Shown here one piece after another: positions 33,304 to 42,067 of a DNA stretch of 64,000 bases. The number at the start of each line of letters is the position of its first letter. Position 1 is the first letter of the stretch. The position numbers and the translations under genes are program-made. The notes beneath the pieces are model-generated. The model searched no databases, had not been told where the DNA came from, and was given only the letters and a program-made list of their open reading frames with translations. This DNA is from Bacilli bacterium (GTDB lineage Bacteria > Bacillota_I > Bacilli_A > RFN20 > CAG-826). The stretch covers positions 6,636-70,635 of the forward strand of contig JAKSUL010000005.1 of NCBI GenBank assembly GCA_024409055.1, given 5' to 3'.

Positions 33304-35190
33304 ATGGAAAAATGTAAGCGCTTTGCACTAATCGGACTAGGCATCGGAATTCTTTCGGCGGCCTCTTTTGGCGTTTCTCCGATCGAAGTAAGCGCCGCGA
33401 TCCCCGACGACCGCACGCTTGCCGCCCCCTACGATCCAACAATACCGACGCTTGGCGATTATTCCGTCAACACATACATCACATCCCTTGAGCAGCTTCA
33501 GTCTTATGCCGAAGAAAACGCCGCCCGCCCCACCAATGCGATTTTATATATCAATGAAGCCGGCGCAGTCACCGATTCAAAAGGGAATTCTTTGGGAATC
33601 TCTTATAAGCTCGCTTATTCGGCATATCTTAAGAACGCTATAATCCCCTGCTTCTATATTAAAGACGCTGGGACATTAGACGCCTTCTCAACATATTGGC
33701 TAGACGAATGGAAACATTGGGATTGCTCCTTAGTTTCAGACGATCCATCTCTTCTTTTATCGGCTCGTCAAAAATTACCGATTTTACGTGGCATCCTCGA
33801 TTATTCTAAGAAGACTTTCACCGCCGCCGATTACGGATCCATGGTCAAAGAAACTCACCTTTCAATGGCCAACACCCTTATCTTTAATGACGAGCAAGCC
33901 ACATATGACACCGTTCGCTATTTCCAAGCTCGTTTCAAAACGGTCTGGGTCGATACCTCCAATTCCAGCAACATCGACACTGCTAAACAAGTTTGCCAAG
34001 GGGCGTATGGGGTAATCGTCAAAAACGCCGAAGAATCCTATAACTACCTCAAGGCTTTCTCTAATTCCGCTTATCCAAAGTCCAACTACAATCGCATTGC
34101 GTATAACGTTGCTCACCGTGGTCTCCCGCAGACAAATTACGAAAATTCCCTTGAAGGATGCATCGAAGCGTACGAAAAAGGTGCAACACACATCGAGGTC
34201 GACATCCAAGTCACCAAGGATAACAAACTCGCCATCATGCATGACGATACGATTGATAGGACCACCACGGGCACTGGAAAGATCTCCGATTACACCGCTG
34301 AAGAATTAAAAGCCTTCCGCATCGACAGCACCCTCTCCGTCCAGCTCAAAGGCGAAGGCGTGCCGATCCCGATGCTCGACCAAATCTTCTCCGAATTCAA
34401 AGGAAAAGACTTAGTGATCATCGTCGAAATCAAAACAGCCGCCACTAATGCAGTCTCTCTTCTAAAACAATACATCGAAGAAGCCGACATCGCCGATCAA
34501 GTTGTCGTTATCTCCTTCTATCCGGCTCAGCTCGTGAAGATGAAAGAGGAACTCCCTTATATTCCTTGCGCTGACTTGAATTCTTATAACCAGGGGGCCA
34601 TCGAAGGAACTTCCTTCAAAACAATAAACACCAATAATTACGTCATTGATACCAACGGTGCCGGATATACATCTTTGTTCTTAAAGACACTTGCCCACCG
34701 TGGATACGCCTCTTGGCTTTGGACATACGAAAACGTCTCAAACGTTTATACCGCTATCAAAAACGGCATAGTAGGCATCACCAATAACGTCGCCGATTCT
34801 GCCGGCCAGTGTCCGACAGGAATCGTGGTTCCAAGCGAAATAGAGACCGAATCTTTGGAGAAGTGCACAGTCGAGGCTACCGTCACCACATACACCGGTG
34901 AGCTTAATGAAAAAATCGAAGCCACGCCTTTGTTCCTTGAGAAATTAGAGGACGGCAGTTACACCGCCATTTTCTCCGGAAAATTCGATACCGGAACAAA
35001 ATCCCCACGTCTTCAGGTTTGCCTCTTCTCAGCTCCTGCCCATGTCGTGATTAAACAAAAAGACAATCCGCCGGTAAATCCGGACGGAAAAAATAGCACC
35101 ACTTTGTTAGTGGTTGGCGGAATAAGCCTTGGCGTCATTGCCTTAGGGACCGCTACATTCTTCTTGCTGAGAAGGAGGTTTAAGAAATGA
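33304..35190 (+). CDS. Secreted, C-terminally membrane-anchored protein with a glycerophosphodiester phosphodiesterase (GDPD) domain
   Basis: AHRGLPQTNYENSLEGCIEAYEKGATHIEVDIQVTKDNKLAIMHDDTIDRTT is the GDPD signature. N-terminal signal peptide and a C-terminal TM LLVVGGISLGVIALGTATFFLLRRRFKK. The N-terminal ~230 aa are unassigned. Confidence 0.85.
   Translation: MEKCKRFALIGLGIGILSAASFGVSPIEVSAAIPDDRTLAAPYDPTIPTLGDYSVNTYITSLEQLQSYAEENAARPTNAILYINEAGAVTDSKGNSLGISYKLAYSAYLKNAIIPCFYIKDAGTLDAFSTYWLDEWKHWDCSLVSDDPSLLLSARQKLPILRGILDYSKKTFTAADYGSMVKETHLSMANTLIFNDEQATYDTVRYFQARFKTVWVDTSNSSNIDTAKQVCQGAYGVIVKNAEESYNYLKAFSNSAYPKSNYNRIAYNVAHRGLPQTNYENSLEGCIEAYEKGATHIEVDIQVTKDNKLAIMHDDTIDRTTTGTGKISDYTAEELKAFRIDSTLSVQLKGEGVPIPMLDQIFSEFKGKDLVIIVEIKTAATNAVSLLKQYIEEADIADQVVVISFYPAQLVKMKEELPYIPCADLNSYNQGAIEGTSFKTINTNNYVIDTNGAGYTSLFLKTLAHRGYASWLWTYENVSNVYTAIKNGIVGITNNVADSAGQCPTGIVVPSEIETESLEKCTVEATVTTYTGELNEKIEATPLFLEKLEDGSYTAIFSGKFDTGTKSPRLQVCLFSAPAHVVIKQKDNPPVNPDGKNSTTLLVVGGISLGVIALGTATFFLLRRRFKK
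33313..33327. promoter_or_regulatory. cre / LacI-family-type operator candidate TGTAAGCGCTTTGCA inside the first codons of the GDPD gene
   Basis: Imperfect palindrome around GCGC, with one deviation from WTGNAANCGNWNNCW. Positioned +10 to +24 relative to the start codon of a leaderless gene. Confidence 0.4.
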
Positions 35191-36650
35191 AAAATAGATT
35201 CATTTTAGGTTTATTGATCACCTTTGCCCTTTCTTCTTGTGGCCAACAATCACCCGTTTCTTCTGCCCCAGAAAGTGCGGTCAGCGAAAGCTCGTCTTCC
35301 CTTTCTTCTAGCGAAATAGAGAACAAGGCTTTGAAGTTCTTCTCCTCGAATTCATTGGGAACTCCAGTAGAACGCCCTTCTTCCCTACCTTCTTTCGCTC
35401 CAAAACTTTTTGACAAAGATTCACTATCGATAGAAAACTCCAGAAAACTCGGTGAAGGCGTTAACCATTTAGTTTATTCGTTCAATTTGAATTCCGGTAA
35501 TAACGTGAAGGCTAACGTCATTGCCGTCGACATGCAAAAAGCCTCTATTCACACCACTTCCGCCGGAACGATAGACACGGTAAATAATCAAATATCCGCC
35601 TATGAGACCGCTCATCCCGACAAAAAAGTCATGGCAGGCGTGAACGCCGACTTCTTCCCAACGGGAACAGGCGGCTCATGCGTCAATGCTTACGTCAAAG
35701 ACGGAAAGATCATCAAAGCGGGTCATAACGACAACGGCGTCTATGACTATAGAGATCCAGCAAGCGACGTACCGGCCTCTAACCCGATGCTGCTTGGTGT
35801 CGACTCAATACACGCCCGCATCGCTCCTATTGTCGAGAACAAAACAAAAGAGGAAACGATCAAGTCTAAATTCCAATACACGGTCTATTCATCGGACCAG
35901 CAAGACACCCCAAAGGAATTGGACGGAAAGATAACGTTCAACGCTTCCAATATAGGAACAGCCGATTACGACCTAGTAATCAACGGAACCAAGTACGTAA
36001 GCGAAGAAAATCAAACATTGGTCAAAATTCATTTGATCAATGATTCAGAAGCCTCCTTCGTCTACGGACAAGTCGAAGAAGTCAGAAAACTTCAAGGAGA
36101 ACGTATATCCACATCCTTGGATTTAGATAAAGGATATGTCTATCTCTTCGCAAAAGAAGGCGCCCAAAGGAAATTCGCCACTGGCGATTACGTTGGATAC
36201 GCCGCTAGAAATGACGATGGAAAATGGTTCGGATATTCAAACATCATCGGTGGTCGTCAATCATTGGTCGAACAAGGCGAAATCCCATCAACCGTCGCTT
36301 TGGAAAACACCAACGGCGCCCAAAGAACCAATATCCCACGTACATGTGCAGGCATAGCGTGTGATTCCACTTTATATGTAGTGGCAATTGAGGCGCTTAG
36401 ATACGGAAATAAATCCACGTCCACTTCCGACCCATACGGAGTTTCGCTTCCAGAGCTCGCCGAATTCATGCGTTACATCGGTTGTTACGAAGCCCTTAAC
36501 TTCGATGGAGGCGGATCAACTCAGCTCATCACTTCGGATAAAGACGGCACCGGAACGAAAACGCTAAGCGTCCGTAGCTCCGATTACGGCACATACGATG
36601 TCAACGAAGTCAGGAAGGTTTATAACACCCTCCTCATTACAACCAAATAA
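35187..36650 (+). CDS. Lipoprotein with a phosphodiester glycosidase (NAGPA/DUF2233-like) domain
   Basis: Lipobox LSSCGQ. The RTCAGI...GVSLPELAEFMRYIGCYEALNFDGGGSTQL block matches the family signature. ATGA overlap with the GDPD gene stop. Confidence 0.75.
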   Translation: MKNRFILGLLITFALSSCGQQSPVSSAPESAVSESSSSLSSSEIENKALKFFSSNSLGTPVERPSSLPSFAPKLFDKDSLSIENSRKLGEGVNHLVYSFNLNSGNNVKANVIAVDMQKASIHTTSAGTIDTVNNQISAYETAHPDKKVMAGVNADFFPTGTGGSCVNAYVKDGKIIKAGHNDNGVYDYRDPASDVPASNPMLLGVDSIHARIAPIVENKTKEETIKSKFQYTVYSSDQQDTPKELDGKITFNASNIGTADYDLVINGTKYVSEENQTLVKIHLINDSEASFVYGQVEEVRKLQGERISTSLDLDKGYVYLFAKEGAQRKFATGDYVGYAARNDDGKWFGYSNIIGGRQSLVEQGEIPSTVALENTNGAQRTNIPRTCAGIACDSTLYVVAIEALRYGNKSTSTSDPYGVSLPELAEFMRYIGCYEALNFDGGGSTQLITSDKDGTGTKTLSVRSSDYGTYDVNEVRKVYNTLLITTK

Positions 36651-36695
36651 GGTTTCATCACCGAAAGGTGAACAAATATTAGAAAGGAACAAAAC

Positions 36696-38912
36696 ATGAA
36701 CAAGAAATTGTTTGTACTAGCTAGTGTGTCCTTGCTCTTAGGACTTACAGGCTGCTCCAATCAGGGAACCTCCACCGGCTCGAAAGAAAGCGGCGGAGAG
36801 ACCAGCCAAGCAAGTACTCCAGTTACCGTGACTTACCGCGTCACATTCGATTCTGACGGCGGTTCAGAAGTCGCCCCTCAAACTGTCGAGGAAGGAAAGA
36901 AGGTTACAAAGCCTACTGACCCAACCCGTCCAGGAAGAGTCTTCGAAGGATGGTTTAACGGCGAAAACGAATGGAATTTCGATATCGACGTCGTCACTGC
37001 CGACATCACCCTCAAAGCCAAGTGGAAGCTCAATGTTTCCCCGGTCCTCGAAGATGCTCTCACCCCAATCGCCATCAACGAAGATAGCGAAATGACCGTT
37101 TGGACTAGAGGAAACTTCGAAGTCACCTCTGATAGCGGACATTGGTTCATCAATGGTTCGATCAAAGCCGACTGGAAGACCATGATGGTCTTCGACGGAG
37201 ACGGCAAAATCTGCTGGGGCGTTTGGTGCCCAGCCAATGGTTTTGGAGGCCCGGCTTCTTACGCCTACGTCCATAACTTCGATTACTCAATCAGCAAAGC
37301 CGGATGCCAAGGCAACCCGGCCTTCGAATTCGGTGAGCATTTCGGCACCGACAGCAAAGACTTCAAGATCGTCGTCCCAGAAGGCGGATTCGCTTTAACC
37401 TCAATCGGCGAAGGCGGAATCAACTCCGGCCGCATGGTCGGCTTGATCTCCGGCGGAGAGCACACCGAAATCGGTGAGCAATTTGGATATGGTCCGGAAT
37501 TCAACACCCCGAACTGTCAGTGGTCCAACCGCACCATGAAATACGACGCCGAAGAAAACCGCGTCAACGTCTATTGCCTCGCTACTTCCATGACCTTCAC
37601 CGGCAGCAAATCCGGCGTAGCCGTCGGAAACGCCGACACAGGCGAATACGCCGTCACCGTCGGACTAGCCAAAGGCAACAACGTCACATTCAAATACGAT
37701 AACGGTATTAGAGCTTCCGTCCTCAAAGGCGACAAGTTCACATTGACCGGTGCCCCAGAGGCGACAATCGACTCCGAAGACAATTCGATCATCAGAGTCT
37801 CGAAAACCGGAAACTACACATTCACGTATAACGTCAATACCAAAACGATGGACGTCGTTCTCGTTGAAGGTGGCGGAGACAAAGGCATCCTTTTAGAAGC
37901 CCCTGTTAGCGACGTTAACGCCGATGGAAACCTCGCTATTTGGACCGAACAAGGCACCAAGCTCCACGAACCGAGCGGATGGACAATCGGAAACGGTTGG
38001 AGAACATACATGGTCATCGATAAAGACGGCAGATTGATGTATTACTGCTACAACCCGCCGAATGGATACGGCGGACCGACTGCCGCTTCCCGAAACTACC
38101 ACTCCATGTACGCCGACGGCACCACCAACCCAGCTGTCGAATTGCTTCCTGGATTCGGACCGTGGGAACCCGGTGGAACAGCCCATAACCAGTGGAACCT
38201 CGTGATTCCGGAGGGCGGATTCGCCATCACCGCTATGGGTGAAAACGCCAGCGCCATCACCGGTGTCTTAACCGGAGGCGCCGTTGACGAATTAAGCGAT
38301 GCCACAATCGCCGCCGCCAACAAGCACTACGAAGCCGCCGATAAAGTCCGCTTCGTATACGATGCCAGTGCCCGTAAGTTGACCTTAAAAGAAGAAGGAT
38401 CAACCCCAACGGCCAAGGCTCAAGCCAAGATCGGTGCCGCAACTATCGATATGCCGGCTATCTACGATGAGTCTCACGGAAACATCACCAAATCCGACTA
38501 CACAATCGGCGTTGATGAAAACGGAACAATCATCTTTGCTTCCTACACTGCCGATGGATACGGCGGACCGGCTGACGGTTTCTACCACGACGGAAATTAC
38601 GTTTGTGTCCCAGGTCAGCAGTGCGGTGTCTTCTTCGTTCACGAAGACTTCGCCCCGTGGGCCCCAGGAATCGAAGGCGCCCCGTGGAATAACTACGACA
38701 TCAAGGCTGCCGCCGGAATGCGCATCATCACCGGAAACGCCATGCAAATGGCCGGCATCATCGAAGCCCTCTTCGAACAGGATGTCTATTCCATGGAAAC
38801 CAATACGTATTTCGAAAGAGAGCTTGAAGACGGAGAACTCAACGAAAAGAAAGTCTCCTTCACTCCGACCGCGGAAGATGCGACCATCGTCGACATCACC
38901 GTCACCAAATAA
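36696..38912 (+). CDS. Lipoprotein: Listeria-Bacteroides (Flg_new) repeat, three copies of an unassigned NGYGGP domain, one small beta-sandwich-like module
   Basis: Lipobox LTGCSN; GAAAGGA RBS. YRVTFDSDGGSEV...FEGWFNGENEWNFD...TLKAKW is the Listeria-Bacteroides repeat. Domain copies lie at roughly aa 120-295, 398-566 and 578-738. Confidence 0.85.
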   Translation: MNKKLFVLASVSLLLGLTGCSNQGTSTGSKESGGETSQASTPVTVTYRVTFDSDGGSEVAPQTVEEGKKVTKPTDPTRPGRVFEGWFNGENEWNFDIDVVTADITLKAKWKLNVSPVLEDALTPIAINEDSEMTVWTRGNFEVTSDSGHWFINGSIKADWKTMMVFDGDGKICWGVWCPANGFGGPASYAYVHNFDYSISKAGCQGNPAFEFGEHFGTDSKDFKIVVPEGGFALTSIGEGGINSGRMVGLISGGEHTEIGEQFGYGPEFNTPNCQWSNRTMKYDAEENRVNVYCLATSMTFTGSKSGVAVGNADTGEYAVTVGLAKGNNVTFKYDNGIRASVLKGDKFTLTGAPEATIDSEDNSIIRVSKTGNYTFTYNVNTKTMDVVLVEGGGDKGILLEAPVSDVNADGNLAIWTEQGTKLHEPSGWTIGNGWRTYMVIDKDGRLMYYCYNPPNGYGGPTAASRNYHSMYADGTTNPAVELLPGFGPWEPGGTAHNQWNLVIPEGGFAITAMGENASAITGVLTGGAVDELSDATIAAANKHYEAADKVRFVYDASARKLTLKEEGSTPTAKAQAKIGAATIDMPAIYDESHGNITKSDYTIGVDENGTIIFASYTADGYGGPADGFYHDGNYVCVPGQQCGVFFVHEDFAPWAPGIEGAPWNNYDIKAAAGMRIITGNAMQMAGIIEALFEQDVYSMETNTYFERELEDGELNEKKVSFTPTAEDATIVDITVTK
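38121..38201 (+). repeat. 81-nt segment about 91 percent identical to 40106-40186
   Basis: Hand alignment gives 7 mismatches in 81 nt. It includes identical runs cttcctggattcggaccgtgggaacc and gcccataaccagtggaacctc. Confidence 0.7.
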
Positions 38913-38956
38913 TTCGAATATTCATTAAAAACATATAAATAAGAAAGGAGTTTGCA

Positions 38957-40384
38957 ATGAATAAAAAATTTCTCTTTCCGTTAGTCGCTTCTTTACTCGT
39001 TTTAAGCGCCTGCGGAGGAAACGGCACCAGCTCTAAACAAGAGAGCTCCCAGCCAAAATCCGAGCCGACCTCTCAACCGACATCCGTCCCAACATCAGAA
39101 CCGTCTTCCGATCCGACATCCGTCCCAACTTCCGAAGAAACAAGCGAATCCTCCGAAGTGACCAGCGAGTCCAGCGAACCGGTCGTCACCAAAGTCGACG
39201 CCGTCGTTCGCTCTGGCGAAAACATCCGCTCCGAAAATACCCTTGAAGAAACAGAGGAGGGTTCCGGAGTCTTCGTCGGAAACATCGTCATGACCCAATG
39301 GAACAGCGTCGAATTCACATTCGGCTCAACCGTCTTGGCATTCGGCTCAGTCAATCTTGAAGGACTTTTCTGCGAAACAACTGGCGCCGATTGGACCGAC
39401 AAGCTCTACGTGGACAACGTAGGCGACACCAGATTCTTCCGCGGTGTGACCGGCGAAGTCACCTACAAGATCACCTACACCGCCGAAACCAACACCCTCA
39501 AAGCCGAGCTTGTTATCATGAACAAACTCAGCGATGCCGGCGCTCCAGACGGCGGAGTCATGCTTGATCCGCAGGCCGACGGAACCTTCACCGAAACCCG
39601 CGTCTTGAAACAATGGAATCGTTTCCAGCTTAAATACTACGACGCCGAAGGAAATAGCGTCGACGTGAACCCGGACAATACCGATGTCAGCGGAGATGCT
39701 TATGCCACTTATGGCGCCTCCACCACATATCACGTCTACTATGACGAAGGAATCTTCTGCACTGAGCTCACAAATAACGGAAGATACACATTCGTCTACA
39801 CCCCGGCTAACGGCACCACAAAGGCCACCCTTGTCTTCACGGCCGATAGCGGATCCGATCCTTCAGTCGCTCTCTCGTTAGCAGTCGCTTCCACCTCCGC
39901 CGACACCACAACAACCGTTTGGGCCGCAGGAACCATCGTTCACAACCCAGACGCCGTTTGGGCCGTCAAAACCGGCAACGGTTGGAGAACATATTTAGCC
40001 GTCGATTCCGAAGGACGTATCGCTTACTATTGCTTCAACCCGGCCAACGGCTACGGAGGTCCGGACGGAACTTCCTACAACCGCCATTCCGCCTATGCCG
40101 ACTACACCACCAACCCAGCAATCGAAATCCTTCCTGGATTCGGACCGTGGGAACCGGGTGGAAGTGCCCATAACCAGTGGAACCTCAAAGCTCCGGAAGG
40201 CGGCTTCATGGTCACCGGATACGGAGACGATATCGCCCAAGTCATCGGTGTTGTTACTGGCGGAGAGGCCAGCGCAACCACTGCCGAAGGCGAAATCAAC
40301 AAATATTACGCCGCCATCGATGACGTTCGTGTCGCTTACGACGCCGAAGGAGGCAAGCTTAACTTCTCCGTCGTTAACAAATAA
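38957..40384 (+). CDS. Lipoprotein: S/P/T/E-rich linker, two small beta-sandwich-like modules, one NGYGGP domain
   Basis: Lipobox LSACGGNG; AAAGGAG RBS. C-terminal GNGWRTYLAVDSEGRIAYYCFNPANGYGGP...LPGFGPWEPGGSAHNQWNLKAPEGGF parallels the upstream gene. Confidence 0.85.
   Translation: MNKKFLFPLVASLLVLSACGGNGTSSKQESSQPKSEPTSQPTSVPTSEPSSDPTSVPTSEETSESSEVTSESSEPVVTKVDAVVRSGENIRSENTLEETEEGSGVFVGNIVMTQWNSVEFTFGSTVLAFGSVNLEGLFCETTGADWTDKLYVDNVGDTRFFRGVTGEVTYKITYTAETNTLKAELVIMNKLSDAGAPDGGVMLDPQADGTFTETRVLKQWNRFQLKYYDAEGNSVDVNPDNTDVSGDAYATYGASTTYHVYYDEGIFCTELTNNGRYTFVYTPANGTTKATLVFTADSGSDPSVALSLAVASTSADTTTTVWAAGTIVHNPDAVWAVKTGNGWRTYLAVDSEGRIAYYCFNPANGYGGPDGTSYNRHSAYADYTTNPAIEILPGFGPWEPGGSAHNQWNLKAPEGGFMVTGYGDDIAQVIGVVTGGEASATTAEGEINKYYAAIDDVRVAYDAEGGKLNFSVVNK
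39077..39129 (+). repeat. 17-nt perfect direct repeat ccgacatccgtcccaac (x2, 36-nt period) inside the S/P/T-rich linker
   Basis: Copies at 39077-39093 and 39113-39129, each encoding PTSVPTS. Confidence 0.7.
40106..40186 (+). repeat. Partner of the 38121-38201 near-identical segment
   Basis: See 38121-38201. Confidence 0.7.
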
Positions 40385-40427
40385 CGAAAGCAAGAATAGA
40401 GGCTTAACGCTCTTGTTCGGATCATCC

Positions 40428-40453
40428 GAAGAGGCGCAACGCCTCTTTTTTTC
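40428..40453 (+). terminator. Rho-independent terminator, preceded by a second small hairpin at 40416-40430
   Basis: AGAGGCG, CAA loop, CGCCTCT, followed by T7. The upstream hairpin is TTCGGA-TCA-TCCGAA. Confidence 0.85.
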
Positions 40454-40517
40454 GTATTCAATAAATGTGCGAAAATTAAGATTGGATATATAGGAATACT
40501 CATATCTTTCGGCAAAC

Positions 40518-40547
40518 TTGAAAGCGCTAACCTTTTTTTATTAACAT
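40518..40547 (+). promoter_or_regulatory. Candidate promoter TTGAAA-18-TAACAT for the 13-gene operon
   Basis: -35 at 40518-40523 and -10 at 40542-40547. A leader with GAGGA (40557-40561) precedes ATG 40569. Confidence 0.35.
40519..40532. promoter_or_regulatory. cre / LacI-family-type operator candidate TGAAAGCGCTAACC overlapping the candidate -35
   Basis: Fits WTGNAANCGNWNNCW at all positions but the last W. Confidence 0.5.
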
Positions 40548-40568
40548 AAAAACACCGAGGAAATACCT

Positions 40569-42062
40569 ATGAAAAACAAAACAATTCTCCTTCTTTCTGC
40601 CCTTACTCTCACTGGCCTTCTTGCCAGCTGTGGGGGAAACGGCACCAGCTCCAGCAAAAGTCAAACCATCGAACTTGTCGATAATCGTCAAGAGATTTAC
40701 ACCACCGTCATCGGAGAGATGAATCACGGTGTATTCGAAAGTTACGACGAGGACAAGGATTACAAATCACTTTACGAAGCCGTCCAGGCTTGCCTTGAAA
40801 ACGGTGAGGCCGGAAGCTATGTCTACCGCAAAGGCGGAGACGCTAAGAAACCAGCTTTCGTCAAACAGCAACGTTCCGACGACTATTGGTACTACTACAA
40901 AGACGGAAACGTCGCCGAAGGATACGCTCCTTACATGGTCGGGGACGTCGATTGGTATAGAGGACAAAACTACACCCGTATCCAATCTTCCGGCGGATAT
41001 GCCCACGCCACCTACCAGCCATACGCTTTGAAGGGACACGAAGGCAAATCCACCCAGTCTTGGAACCGCCTCCCGCTCCTTGATGGTGCCGTTAGGTACA
41101 ACCCACACGCTTTCACTGGCATTCAGGACACCACCTACACATTCAACCTTTCCAAAGCCAAGATCCGTCCTTCCTATAGCAAAGATCAAAAAGCCATCCC
41201 GATGGTCGGACTTTCCACCACCGACTCCTACAACTGGTCCAACCAAGGCATCTACATGGATACCGTCAACGGCAACTGGTATTACTTCTATGGAGAAACC
41301 CAATCTGATTCCAAATCTCTCGAATACGAAGAAGAATTGATTATGACTTCTTCCTGGGATCAGGCCGCTCAAGAATTCACTCCGACTAACGATGTCAGAA
41401 TGACCTTGAATATGTATCAAGACGAAGAGGAAGATTTCGTTTCCAACAAATTGAAGATCGAAATCCTCGAAAACGGAAATGTCATCAAGACCATCGACAA
41501 AGAATACGAACTCAACACGATGACGATGCGTGGAACTCATCGCGCCCAAATCGCCATTGACTTAGTCCCGACCGACGAAGATAACGAAGAAGCTTCCATG
41601 ACTCCGGACTATATGTGCGGTGCTTACTTCAAAAACGCTATCGTCGCCGAAGGAAAAGGATCCGTCCGCGAAGGACTTACCGACGAAGAATACATGGGTG
41701 ACACCGATATGTGCTGCGAGCCAGGACACACTTACGACCTCACCTACGCTAAAGGCGGATACTCCAACGACTCCGATACCGAAGTCATCCTCGATAACTG
41801 CACCGCCATCTCCTATAGCGATGCTAATGCCGGCTGCGACACCTGGAACATCAGCTTCGAGCAAGTTGCTCCGACCGTCGACCGCACCGAAACCATCGCT
41901 TCTGTCGAAACCAAGATCGAAGCCATTCCGGACGGCGCTGATCTCGATGATCCAAAAGCCGCCGCGGCTTACCTCGCTTGGGAAAAACTCTCCTACGATC
42001 AGCAGCTCATCATCACCGAAGTCGACCACATCACCAAACTCAAAGATATCATCGGTGACTAA
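40569..42062 (+). CDS. Lipoprotein of unknown function (497 aa)
   Basis: Lipobox LASCGGNG; GAGGA RBS. Rich in aromatic and acidic residues. No motif recognised. Confidence 0.8.
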   Translation: MKNKTILLLSALTLTGLLASCGGNGTSSSKSQTIELVDNRQEIYTTVIGEMNHGVFESYDEDKDYKSLYEAVQACLENGEAGSYVYRKGGDAKKPAFVKQQRSDDYWYYYKDGNVAEGYAPYMVGDVDWYRGQNYTRIQSSGGYAHATYQPYALKGHEGKSTQSWNRLPLLDGAVRYNPHAFTGIQDTTYTFNLSKAKIRPSYSKDQKAIPMVGLSTTDSYNWSNQGIYMDTVNGNWYYFYGETQSDSKSLEYEEELIMTSSWDQAAQEFTPTNDVRMTLNMYQDEEEDFVSNKLKIEILENGNVIKTIDKEYELNTMTMRGTHRAQIAIDLVPTDEDNEEASMTPDYMCGAYFKNAIVAEGKGSVREGLTDEEYMGDTDMCCEPGHTYDLTYAKGGYSNDSDTEVILDNCTAISYSDANAGCDTWNISFEQVAPTVDRTETIASVETKIEAIPDGADLDDPKAAAAYLAWEKLSYDQQLIITEVDHITKLKDIIGD

Positions 42063-42067
42063 GATTC

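Noticed and set aside
36651-36695. Hairpin TCACC-GAAA-GGTGA after the phosphodiester-glycosidase gene as a terminator.
   Set aside because: The stem is only 5 bp and no T-run follows. The next gene follows with its own RBS, so this is more likely a read-through junction.
39026-39184. Repetitive tract considered as a tandem-repeat locus or CRISPR-like array.
   Set aside because: It lies in frame inside a lipoprotein gene and encodes an S/P/T/E linker. There are only two exact 17-nt copies and no spacer/repeat regularity.
40767-41549. 260-aa ORF on the minus strand, with similar long antisense ORFs at 41562..42029, 39995..40393, 38400..38747 and 36864..37274.
   Set aside because: They lie entirely antisense to well-supported lipoprotein genes. 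They have no RBS or promoter, and their translations are low-complexity (G/V/D/R-rich). They are the expected shadow of the strong NNC codon bias of the sense genes.
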